This document shows, piece by piece, positions 25,765 to 37,029 of a stretch of DNA of 44,812 nt. Within the stretch, counting starts at the first letter, position 1. Every line of letters starts with the position of its first letter. The notes beneath the pieces are model-generated. The model did no database searches, was not told the origin of the DNA, and saw nothing but the letters and a program-made list of their open reading frames with translations. The translations under genes were made by a program, and so were the position numbers. The DNA comes from Octopus bimaculoides (lineage: Eukaryota), in assembly GCF_001194135.2 (NCBI RefSeq), contig NC_068986.1, positions 24,849,051-24,893,862 on the forward strand, read 5' to 3'.

Positions 25765-25965
25765 CTTTGTCCCCCACCACCTCTTGACAACCGATGTTGA
25801 TGTATTTGGTATGTTTACGTCCTCGTAACCTTGTGGTTCGGCGAAACAGACCGATAGAATATGTACCAGGCTTAAACAAATAAGTACCGATGTCGATTAA
25901 TTCGACTCAAACTTCTTGGAGGCAGTGCCCCAGCATGGTCGCATCTCATGACCGAAACTAGTAAG
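25765..25965 (+). mobile_element. SINE family B 3' part
   Basis: tttacgtcctcgtaaccttgtggttcggcgaaacagaccgatagaat...gccccagcatggtcgca matches 41613-41750. Confidence 0.85.
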
Positions 25966-26204
25966 TGATATGTTTTAGTCTACAAATATAAATACTTCCA
26001 ATTACAGAAGATTAATTACGTTCTATGTTATGTTATGAATGAGATATAATTATCAATACTTTATACTTGGAATTTTAGCGTGTATTCTCTATGTTTTATT
26101 TTTTAAATTTAATATTCCCAGCTTTGTCTGGTGACACATCAAGGGCCACGGGTGGATTGACTGGGAGATACTTAACTAGATGTTCGATTTACAGTTGTTA
26201 TGAC

Positions 26205-26290
26205 CGGCTGCTCTATCGTTTACGATGACGAATATTCCAGTTGATGCGATCGACGGAACAACCGGCTCGTGAAATTAACATGCAAGTAGC
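26205..26290 (-). mobile_element. Old SINE family C 3' tail fragment
   Basis: Reverse complement of 26945-27020 with substitutions. Confidence 0.8.
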
Positions 26291-26425
26291 AACGTTCAAC
26301 TGGTACTTATTTTATCAACCCTGAAAGGATAAAAGTGAAGTCGATCTCGTAAAAGATATGTTTAAGCCTACAAATATAAATACTATCAGCTACAGAAAAT
26401 TCATTATGTTCTATGTTATGTAACA

Positions 26426-27029
26426 GGTGGAGGCGCAATGGCCCAGTGGTTAGGGCAGCCGACTCGCGGCCATAGGATCGTGGTTTCGATTCTCAGACCG
26501 GGCGTTGTGAGTGTTTATTGAGCGAAAACATCTAAAGCTCCACGAGGCTCCGGCAGGGGATGGCGGCAAACCCTGCTGTATTCTTTCACCACAACTTTCT
26601 CTCACTCTTACTTCCTCTTTCTGTTGTGCCTGTAATTCAAAGGGTCAGCCTTGTCACACTGTGTCACGCTGAATATCCCCGGGAACTACGTTAAGGGTAC
26701 ACGTGTCNNNNNNNNNNCGTTGTGAGTGTTTATTGAGCGAAAACATCTAAAGCTCCACGAGGCTCCGGCAGGGGATGGCGGCAAACCCTGCTGTATTCTT
26801 TCACCACAACTTTCTCTCACTCTTACTTCCTCTTTCTGTTGTGCCTGTAATTCAAAGGGTCAGCCTTGTCACACTGTGTCACGCTGAATATCCCCGGGAA
26901 CTACGTTAAGGGTACACGTGTCTGTGGAGTGCTCAGTCACTTGCACGTTAATTTCACGAGCAAGCTGTTCCGTTGATCGGATCAACTGGAACCCTCGTCG
27001 TCGTAAGCGACGGAGTGCCAACAACAACA
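26426..27029 (+). mobile_element. Young full-length tRNA-derived SINE family C, containing an assembly-duplicated 205 bp
   Basis: A box TGGCCCAGTGG at 26439-26449, B-box-like ggtttcgattc, (CAA)n tail, and a 13-bp TSD atgt(t/c)atgtaaca at 26413-26425 and 27030-27042. Confidence 0.95.
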
Positions 27030-27059
27030 ATGTCATGTAACAAATGAAATGTAATTATC

Positions 27060-27200
27060 AGTACTCTATCGTTTACAATGACGAGTATTCCCTCGATCGA
27101 TGGAAGAACCGGCTCGTGAAATTAATGTGCAAGTTGCTGAGTATTCCGCAGACACGCCTGCCCTTAACGCTTTTCCCAAGCAGATTAAGCGCGATATACT
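27060..27200 (-). mobile_element. Old SINE family C 3' tail fragment
   Basis: ctctatcgtttacaatgacgag...ctcgtgaaattaatgtgcaag...cagacacgcctgcccttaacg. Confidence 0.8.
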
Positions 27201-27772
27201 CACTTGAACATGTAGAAACAGCAGCTAAATCTACTTTCAGTCAAACAGTCAAATCTACTTTCAGATCACAGTCTTGAAATAAAAGAACGTCACACAAGAT
27301 AACAGTTCTGGAGGTATAAAAGGACTGGAAGATTAAGGCTGGAGCCTATCTGATCACAGATTTATTCGATCGGGACTGATCTGGGTATAAACATTAACAA
27401 CAACAACAATATTACTCCGAAAGTAATGAGAATTGATAATCCAGTTAAATTTGTGAATTATGCAACTATCCTTCAACCTTGCCCCGTTGTGCATTCATAT
27501 AAATTATATTAAATCGTATCAGAAGTAATGTACTGGGTGTTGCAATTAAATAAGAATACTCGCTGCATTTAATAATATGATGAATACTATTCTTTCCATT
27601 GTAATAATTGTCGTAGCTGAATGAATCAATGTCGCTCTAAGTAGAAATAAGCGTTATATTAATATTCCTTGATTGAATAACATGGCCACAGATCATAATT
27701 GTAGTTGTCGGTTAGACAGTTCGCGTTACAGAGAAATATTTCATTGAATGCAACAGAGGCAATAAACGTAAT

Positions 27773-27960
27773 AAGGCAGCGAGCTGGTAGAATCGTTAGC
27801 ATATCTGACTAAAATGATTAACGGCATTTCTTCCGCTGTTTAACGTTCGGAGTACAAATCCCGCCTTTCTACCTTTTGAGCTCGATAAAATAAAGTACCC
27901 GACTGGGATCGATTTTTTTTACTAAACTATTTAAGGTGGTACTGCAAGTCCAATGTCTGT
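27773..27960 (+). mobile_element. SINE family A, internally deleted
   Basis: aaggcagcgagctggtagaatcgttagc...gttcggagtacaaatcccgcc. Confidence 0.85.
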
Positions 27961-27992
27961 AACAAGTAGAAGCTATGAGAAGAAAAAAATTA

Positions 27993-29260
27993 CATGGTGT
28001 TCGGGCTACGTTTGGTAGTTTGCATAAAAGCAGAAGAAAATATATCCGATCCAAAAATAAAAGTATTAGAAATCAAAAATATCAACTAGAAAGATAATAG
28101 TTTACTCAAATAGCTGCCCTCGGCTTCCACCACGGCCTCAAGACGACTCCGGAACCTGGCGCATGCGTTCCTCACTGCGTCCCTGGGAAGATCTTCGAAC
28201 AACTCTTTGATCTTGGCCACCATCTCGGCCTTGGTTTTACAGACGTAACGGTTGGTGTCTGTCTCAACTGCGTTCCACACATAAGTAATTCATGGGGTTA
28301 CAATAGAGCCTGAAATTGGACTGGTGAAGTCGTAGAAATTATCCTACAACAGATTCTGACTCTTTCAGGAAGTATGTCAACGAGCTGAATCCCGTTCCAA
28401 TATATATGGTCTTCCAACAGCAAGCCGCTCCAGCCAGGAATTGACCACGGTCTCCAGCAGATTCACATAGCCATCCGAATTGAGCCTAAGGCTCTGTTCA
28501 AAGATGTGGGGCGGCATGACGTCACCCTTACTGGAGACGTACAAAGACCATCAGAGTTTCAATGAACTTGGTTTTCATGGTGAGTGGAACACCACATGGA
28601 TTGTAGGCAGCAACATGTTCTCAGTGTTGTGAAATTGATCCTGTCAGAAGTTCTTTCCATTTGAGAAGAACCAGAACATCTTCCGCTCAACAGGATACCT
28701 CAGCTTTTTCAGGAACTTCTTTGCCTTCATCCTGCGGTTCTGTTTGACCTTGGCTGTCAGAATTTTCCCTTGCACCTCTTGTACCAGTGATCACAAAATT
28801 CCTCATTTAAGGTCAGCTTCATGATAGTATCTCCAGTACCCATTTCTCTAGCCAAAACTTTGATTCCTTGTACGGATTTTCCATCACCTTGTACTGTGGT
28901 TGTCGGATGAATCCCGACATACGGACGGAGTCAGAACGCCCATTATATCCCTTCCTGCTGACCACGGCTTCGTAGTCTCCATTGCAGCTGTCCATGTCAC
29001 GTCTTTACAGTGTTCACAAAACACCGAGCAGCTGTCATGATGTCAGCATGTTGATACCCGGTGCGAATCATCATAATACAGATAACTTTTTTCCAATATT
29101 CAGATGCCTTCCCATTCTCTATATCAGTTAGCTTTTTCTCAACTACAACTTTAATCTTTCTGCTCTCCAACGCCGTTGACCGTTCATCAATACAGCAAAT
29201 TGTTCCTGAAAAAAAAAAAGGGAGATATAAAAATTCGTCATACTTATCCCGAACACTCTG
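27993..29260 (-). mobile_element. Full-length (1268 bp) Tc1/mariner of the maT/mori (DD37D-like) type with an inactive transposase
   Basis: TA dinucleotides at 27991-27992 and 29261-29262. Imperfect TIRs catggtgttcgggctacgtttg and (reverse complement) cagagtgttcgggataagtatg. The minus strand encodes MFWFFSNGKNF*QDQ..., GDVMPPHIFEQSLRLNSDGYVNLLETVV...RDSAR*HTS..., NPMNY and VWNAVETDTN...ACARFRSRLEAVVEAEGSY, with stops and frameshifts. Confidence 0.95.
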
Positions 29261-29624
29261 TAAACTTAAATTTAGTGGAGCTCTAACAAATTGTTTGCCT
29301 GATCGATTTTACAGGTTACATATGCCGCACAATTCTGTTCAATAACGAGATTTGTGAGGATTAGATTATCGATTCTGAAGAAATGAAAATAATGTGTAAT
29401 CAAGCTCAAAGTGTTTTGAACTCATTTTGTGATAACAGAATATTTACACCATAAAACAACAAATATTGATGCCATAAAAGACCGATATTTCTACTATAAA
29501 ACATCTAATGCCGCTGTCTACTGTTCATACCATCGCCTATACCCTGTATCACTATTAAGCCGTAGCAAGAGAATTTCCGGAAACAAGCGCACTCGAGTTA
29601 ACCAGTCTCATTATCAGGACATTG

Positions 29625-29814
29625 AATGCAGTGAATTGGTAGAACCATACTTAGCGGCATTTCTTTCGGTTTTATGCTCTAAGTTCAAATTCTGCCGAGG
29701 TTTACTTTGACTTACATCCTTTCGTTGGTCGATAAAACAAGTACCTGTTGATCACTGGGGTTGATGTAACCCCTCGCCCAAAATTTCAGGCCTTGTACCT
29801 ATAGAAGAAAGGAT
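29625..29814 (+). mobile_element. SINE family A, tandem copy 1
   Basis: tacttagcggcatttctttcgg...aagttcaaattctgccgagg...agaagaaaggattat. Confidence 0.9.
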
Positions 29815-29825
29815 TATAAAGACAT

Positions 29826-30035
29826 AGAAGGCGACGAGCTGGTAAAATCGGCAGAGCACCGGACAATATGTTTGGCGGCATTACTTTCGGCTTTGCGTTG
29901 TGAGTTCGAATTCCGCCGAGGTCTACTTTACCTTTCATCCTTTCGGGATCGATAAAACAAGTACTTGTTGATCACTAGGGTTGATGTAGCCCCTCACCCA
30001 AAATTTCAGGCCTTATACCTATTAGTAGGCCGAAA
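29826..30035 (+). mobile_element. SINE family A, tandem copy 2
   Basis: aaggcgacgagctgg...gagttcgaattccgccgagg; flanked by tataaagacat at 29815-29825 and 30036-30046. Confidence 0.9.
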
Positions 30036-31189
30036 TATAAAGACATGAATATTTACAAATTAGCAAAGCGTGTGTTAATTGTACAGTAATTTTTTTCTCT
30101 GCTTACAGCCATACACTGTTGAACTCCGTTTATTACACATTATCTATTTAGAGCTTCTGAAGGAAAAAAAATGATGCATACGTTTAATGTAATATAAAAT
30201 ATGTACATTAAATTTCATAATCCTTTGAATGACTTAGTCATAAGCAGAATTTGAAAGGCAAATATCGTTTTGTGAGCCATGTAATTTTCCTAGAATATTA
30301 TGTACGTCTCCATTTCTTCTCTTTTTTTTTTATCTAACAACGACTCTAACAATGAATGACTATCATCACCAAGTCTTATCCCCTGCTTTCACAATGGATA
30401 GTATTTCATTGTCTTTGAATAAACAAAAAAAAAAGAATACCCTCTTTATTCTTTAATCTTTTTAGATTGTCTTCGGATGAGAAAAATGAAAAAAACACTA
30501 ACAATATGACAGTAAAAACTTTTTCTTCTTCACAACTGTATTATCTATTTACGATAACTAAAGCAACACATTCATTCGCTATCGCTTCTTAAGTCAGTAA
30601 ATAGTGGAAAGGGGCATTAATTCATTGCTAATAATGTTCTTTGAAATCATTCTGAAAATATCTATGAAGCTAAAGTTCAAAGCTATTTTGCTTTGATTCT
30701 TTCCTTTGTAGCTTCTCTTTTGCTTTGTTTTTTCTTTTTTCTTTTTTCTTTTGTTTTATTCTTCTGATTTTGGCGAAGAACATTTCTTATCTCTTTACTA
30801 TGATGAACTTAGGAAACTTTTTAACTTCCGAAACCTGATAACTATTTTAAGTGTTTACGTCGCCATCTTTAAAGATTACATTTTTTTTTTGCGCTGTACC
30901 AGTTGTCATTTGTTTCATTTCTTGCCTTTCTTCCTCTTCATTTAAATTTTTCTTTTTTTTTTTTTTACAATGAGTAAAGTCGTTGATAATACAGTGTTGT
31001 CGTTAATTTTTATGTCCAAATGTTTGGCTGTAGCTTCATTGCGGCAACGACTAACATCATCATCGTCACTGTTATCTTCAACGACGACGTAATCATAGAC
31101 ATCACCAGTACAAAAATAGCAGCGTCGCCACCATCACTTCCATCATCGTCTTCGTCACCATTATCGCTATCTTTGTTGCCATCATTGGC

Positions 31190-31240
<51 letters not shown>

Positions 31241-31242
31241 TT

Positions 31243-31420
31243 ACAAATATATATAACATACAGAAAATTGCACTACTGGGCACTGCACACATCCTACGCA
31301 AAACACTTTCAATATAGTAACCATAAGAGCATCACAGCAAACCACAGCACTTACCCAAGGCGCACAGAGCTGCGCTCGGTAGTGAAGTGAAAGCACGCTA
31401 TAAAAATAAAACTACTGAAC
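31243..31420 (+). mobile_element. 5'-truncated R4/Dong-like LINE 3' end embedded in (TAA)n
   Basis: Reads TNIYNIQKIALLGTAHILRKTLSI* (stop 31315-31317), the typical IQKxxLLGTAxILRKxL C-terminus of RLE LINEs, followed by about 100 bp of 3' UTR. (TAA)n lies at 31191-31241 and 31421-31456. Confidence 0.9.
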
Positions 31421-31454
<34 letters not shown>

Positions 31455-31456
<2 letters not shown>

Positions 31457-31541
31457 CTTTTTTGCTAAAGGCACAAGGCCTGAAATTTGGGAGGTGGTGC
31501 TAAGTCCGTTACATCGACCCCACTGTTTCACTGATATTTAA
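31455..31541 (-). mobile_element. SINE family A 3' half, interrupted by piggyBac
   Basis: ggcacaaggcctgaaatttggg...ttacatcgaccccactgtttcactgatatttaa; family A carries ctggtacttaa at this position. Confidence 0.85.
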
Positions 31542-32776
31542 CCCCATGGCAACTGGTGTTTTTTTTATCAAGCAACTAGGTTGCATTGACGGTAATCATC
31601 TCGGCTGAGATCAGCAATTAGCGTACGACAGTGGTTCAGCATATATTTACATCAACCGCTTTAACCAGTTTACGGCGGTGACTCGTTCGGTTGTCTGCGC
31701 GCGGCAAAGGTAATCGCGCCGATTGTGGTCAGCTCTCAGTGCAAGATAACGTTCGGTGTATATTTACATCAACCGCTTTATTTACCTAAACTATAACCCT
31801 GTGCAGGACACTCATGCTGTATTATTCCTGAATAAAATCACTCGACAGTACAAGTCAGATCAACTTCATGTATTTACAATCATGTGAATTCAAAAACTGA
31901 CTTTAGTGTGGTAGAGTTCAAAACAGGGTACCACACACAGTGGTATATCACATTGTGAACAATGGTATCTAGTTCCCTTCTGTTTCCTTTTTGCTTTACA
32001 TACTGTGCATCTCTTTGAAGCATTTGTCTTCTTGGCGGTGGTGGGAAACAGTCGCGGAAAATGTCCACGTCCCTTCACTATGCGGTGAGGAGAGAATCCA
32101 GCGTGGGAGCGTCCACACGTTCTGTACCTTGGCAGCTCTGATGCTTCTATCATTTCACGGAACTGTAGATTCTTGAATGTCAATTCATACCCCCACACCG
32201 CCAAGCATCTGCTAAATCAAATGTGAGTTCACGACACACATATCAACTATATACAAGAAAATGTTTTTGTCCCATTTCACAAATTATCTCACCGATTTGT
32301 GTGTCGTCGCCAGCTGATCTGAGCGATCGACTCCACCCATCCCTTCATTGTATGAAACAACTACACTCGCTTTCATTATGGCATTACGGTCCACATCTTG
32401 TTTCCTAGTATCCTCAATGCTTGCATAATGCATCATGGATAACATGCAAACGTTTTTCTTGTCACTCCACACTAGAGAGAAAATGCCACTATAGGTGCAT
32501 CGGTACGCTGTTTCCCCCTTTTGAAGTTTTATCTTGTGAAGATCGGGTAGAATGTTTATCCTGTGCATTCTCACAGTCTCACAGGCATTAATCCTTTTCG
32601 CCTGCAGCTGCAGGAAGAGGTCTGGACTGGAAAACCAGTTCTCCATGTAAATATTGTAGCCTTTGTCAAACAAAATTTCGTTCAACAACAACACGATATC
32701 AGTTGATGCTAGAGTAAACGCTGGATGATCCAGTCTCTCCTGACCAGTGTAGATTTTGTAATTCCACGTGTACCCA
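31542..32776 (-). mobile_element. 3' half of a piggyBac (PGBD4-like) DNA transposon with a transposase pseudogene
   Basis: TTAA|CCCC terminus at 31538-31545. The minus strand reads GYTWNYKIYTGQ...KGYNIYMENWFSSPDLF...YNEGMGGVDRSDQ...SVR*FVKWDKNIFLYIVDICVVNSH, then the C-terminal Cys-rich domain CTVC...CSQCDIPLCVVPCFELYH (stop at 31890). Confidence 0.95.
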
Positions 32777-33020
32777 AAACAGTTGACTTCGGAGGTTAAG
32801 CAGCTGCGGTCGCTGAAAACGGTGGTGGTAGCACCAATAATTGTCGGTGCCCTGGGAACAGTGAGTAAAAATCTTGAGAAGTACATGGAACAAATAGGAA
32901 CTGCAATAAGGGTGGAGCGCTTTCAGAAAACAACCCTGCTTGGAAACGCTCGAATACTCCGGATGGTGCTCGAAAAATAAGGGGTGTTACCTTAGTTCAC
33001 TGGTTGTGAACAGCTGATAT
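32777..33020 (+). mobile_element. R4/Dong-like LINE C-terminal fragment, second subfamily
   Basis: LTSEVKQLRSLKTVVVAPIIVGALGTVSKNLEKYMEQIGTAIRVERFQKTTLLGNARILRMVLEK* (ORF ends at 32980) carries the IIVGALG and QKxxLLGxARILR motifs. No repeat tail is visible. Confidence 0.9.
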
Positions 33021-35263
33021 AGTTTCATTAGATAGGTTTAAGGTCCTGATTATGTCTTAGATTTTGTTCCATACATAAGTTTATTTAAAGTATAATACTA
33101 GAACTCTTTTTATAATGATAAAATTTCGATTATGTCTTCGATTTCCTTCCATAGTTAAGCTTGTTTAAAGCATAAAACTCAAACTTATGATGAAAAGCAG
33201 AATAATATAGATATTAATGGTTTCTTTTTCATGCAGAGCTTTAGAAATGTTGCATTAAATGAGAGAAAGACAAGGGGAGGGAGAGAGTAAGAGAGAGCTT
33301 AACTAGTCTCTGAGAATGTTGCTGCATGTTTAGATTAGTGTTTTGTTTGGAATCCAACAGTAATTTCAAGAAATCCTGATTACATAAAGAAAAAAAAAAG
33401 AACTTAGATCATAGGAAATGAAAAGAAATCATGCGACATGAGCTGATACGTAAAAGAAATCGAAGTCGTTCTTAGAACAATCGAAATTGGTAATATCATT
33501 ACGCTAAAAAAAAAATTCCCCAAAAAAATTTATATAAAAGAATGCTGAGGACATTTCTTCTTGATAGATCGATACAATACTATTGAAATGATCGGCAGAT
33601 GATAGTTGAAATGTGGGTGGGTGGGGGCGGTTGAGAAAGAGAAACTGCATTTCGACAGTAGATAGCAGACGGTTAAAAATATATAAATAAATAAATACAT
33701 TGAAGATTATGTGGTAATGCCAAGTTGAGTGAGTGAATGTAGATTTTAGTGGTTACTTTAGTTTCGAAGTGAAATTTAATCAACATCAGAAGCTGTCTTC
33801 CCGAAAGGCCATTAAATAGTGTGAAACAAAGTGGTACCAGCAACATAAAATGATTCATTTAATGACTAGCGAGACTATTTGAAATAAATCAGCCGACCAA
33901 CTTAAATTTGCAGTCACCTCTTCTTCCCTTCTCCGTTTGCCCGTCTTTCATTTCTTTCTTTAATTTTGTTTTCGTGTTTTCTTTCTTTTCTTCTCCAATT
34001 CTTTTATCCTCCGATTTCTTTTAAAATCTTCCTTTCTTCGTTTCATCTTTTCTACCATTCCCTCTATCTTACTTTTCTCCCCTTTTTAATCACATTTGAA
34101 TATCACTATATTTCTCTGGTTGAAATTTTAGGTTTTCGCAAAATAATAATAATAGATACAGATATGTATGAGTATCAATATTGCTTTGTTCTTCAACCCT
34201 AGGTCAAAACTGATGGAAAAGACCTATGATCAAAGCCATCCTAAACATGACCTTATCTTCTTTCATTTCATTTTTTTCGTTTTGTTTTGTTTTATTTTCA
34301 GATTCATGCAAACTTTTTCAATCTGGCAGTTCATGATTGAATGGAAATTTGGTTTCTATTTCTATCAAGTCTCTCTCGTTGGTTGCTTACGTATCAATAT
34401 TTCGTGTGTGTCGCCACTCGGATGTATAATTACCAACGGAAAAGACTGTGATACGCTTTCAGTGGTCGGCTTTCGTCTGTTTTCATAGCACCTACTTTCA
34501 TAGACATCTACTCAGTTCACATAACTGTAAGCGAATACCATGTAAAGGTACTCGACTACAAACAACTACCTTTATAATCACAATGTAATTATAGAGTATT
34601 TTGTTAGTTTGCAATCCGTCGACAATCTACACCAATACATCCCCTTATTAGTGTGTCTTCTTAGTTGGTGATGCTATGTGTAAAGCTTGTTTGTACTGAA
34701 AACAGTATAATACGAAGTTTGTTACTATTGCAGTTTAAACATGTTGAACCGGCTTTACTACTTTGTACTAAGGACCACACACGGCCTTCCATTTTCGGGT
34801 TGATTGACAGGCTGTGTTTTGAAGGAAATTTGACTGTTATATCTCGTACACCGAGCAAACCACGTAGAAGCTCTCACTTTGGCTCGGGGAATGAAAAGCA
34901 AGATGAAGTTAACAGTGGTTAGGAAATATTCTAATCATCATTGTCATCTATATTATAAGAACAACGAACAACAAATGTTGGAGTGTGTACAGGATGTTGC
35001 CAGTGAACAACTTTGCCAGTAGGTACCAGCACCAAAATCCTTAAAGGTGAGAATCGCTAGTGTATGATGGATGTCATAGGAGGAAAATATGAGAATCATA
35101 AAAGACCTATAATCTTTTACATGTTGAATATGAAGAGCACTTAGCCGTTAGTTGGAAGAGTCAGACAAGTTGTGGTTGCCTTTCGTCGAAATACGACTTA
35201 CTGTTGCGTGTTTATGTATTCATTGTGCCTTGACGACCAAGGAGAATTTTACAATTGATGAGT

Positions 35264-35430
35264 TGAAAGCGGCAGACGTAGAATAGTGGTAGACAAAATG
35301 TCTTGTGATATTTCATTACATCAAGTTACGATCTGAGTTATATTTCGCCACGGGAATTCTCATTCTTCTAGGGTAAATTATAGAGGTCGATGAAATCGAT
35401 TAAACCCTTGTCTAAAATGTGTGGCTTTCA
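35264..35430 (+). mobile_element. SINE family A, very degenerate
   Basis: gtagacaaaatgtcttgtgatatttc...ttacgatctgagtt...gaggtcgatgaaatcgattaaaccc. Confidence 0.55.
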
Positions 35431-37029
35431 ACGAAAACTGGAAAGTACTACGCATTGTCACTAATATGAACCAAGTTGTTAATTTAAAAAAAAAGAAAAC
35501 TGCTGGCTTCTCACTTGTCATAAAGATTCGATTCAAATTCTCAGTATAAAATTAATAAAAAAGACAAGCCCATTTTAAAAAAATAATGAAATCTTAAAAC
35601 ATGTGGCATAAAATGGCAAAATATATCTTAGAAGAAATTTCCCAAAGTGCCGCTTGTCAGTTGCACCGTTTTATTTCAATTGTCGGTTTTTGTCCACACG
35701 CAGATGTTATTGTGGTTGTGCTTGACGTCGTCGTCATCGTTGTCTGTTGTTCATATTATCATTGTTGTTTAGCCTCGTATCAACTAGAACGAGCAGGCTT
35801 ATAATAAAAGACGTTCCTGTCGTGATCATTTCCTCGTATTTTCAGGGTCTAACTTAACCAACGTGTCTTCCCTTTTCAAATCGATTCTTAATGTTCAACG
35901 AGAGTAAGTTTAATGCACACACAACTCTTTTTCACTACGAAAAGATATCGTGCGTGCCAGTCAAGAATCTGCCTATACAGCCGCTAGGTCATGGTCAAAT
36001 TTGACCGATGAGTGGTCACTGTCATATCTAAAATGGAATAGGATAGATACAGATGGACCACGGGTTTACTTGATCAGAGTTTATCTGGATCTAAAAAGAG
36101 AAATATATTTTAATATCAAAATATCAATTGAATGCTATGATGTCTAACTTCTCTTATTTGTAATACATAATTTACGATCTGATATCAAAAATGTTTTAAT
36201 TTATGAGTCTTAAAGTCAGTTAGAAATGGAATATGGAGATCTATTGAAACTTATTGTTTTAAGTAATGTGTTACCAACCGATAACATTATGACACTTAGT
36301 TTTATTTTCTAGTAAGCAATTCCCAATAAACTTACAACAATAAACCGTGCGGGATTTAACAAAGAAAGTATCGATAAAACGGGTAGAAGACATCAACATA
36401 GAATAGAAAAAAGGCCCGGTAAATTAAAGTATGAAAAACGGAAATCTACTTCAGAACATAAGTGAAAGAACTCAGATTACTGTGTGAGTACTTCAAGGAA
36501 AATTAACAAATATTCGCACAGGATGATAACCAAATACAATTGTAACAAAAAATACGACTGTAAGCATTCAAATACTTCTTGATAAATAATAACAAATAAA
36601 ATAACAATTTACAAGGTATTCGAGATAAGTGATAGCTTTCAAATCACTCTGTTGAAAATATCTCTCGAAACTTCTATAGAACATTGCGTTGTAACTTCAT
36701 AAAAGCTGATGAGATACCCCTAAAGAAACATTTGAAACATTTCGGAGACCCATTCTTGAAAACGAAGCTGAATATAACAAAAAGAGTAGCTAAATATATA
36801 AGTATATTGCAATAACTGAAATTGAAAAAAAATGACCCTTCATCTCTCTAAAGCCATTCGATATCTCATCTGAGGCTTACTTTAAACAGAAGCGAAAATG
36901 TCATGGCCTTGACAACTTGACAACATTGAAAAAGTTTGGCGCTTGTGGCCTTACATAATGCACTACCAGGCAAAGCTCGTCTTCAAAATTCTCTTAAAAA
37001 ATTCATATCGCGTGTCTATTTTCCTGTAC

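Noticed and set aside
26426-26500. tRNA-like sequence with A and B boxes
   Set aside because: It is the head of a SINE, continuing into a repeat body with a tail and TSD, so it is not a tRNA gene.
30990-31190. Minus-strand Asp/Gly-rich stretch (NKDSDNGDEDDDGSDGGD)
   Set aside because: It is a degenerate (CAT)n trinucleotide region.
36706-36740. ctgatgag...gaaac hammerhead-like core
   Set aside because: No stem II pairing between the core and either GAAA, and no stem I or III found.
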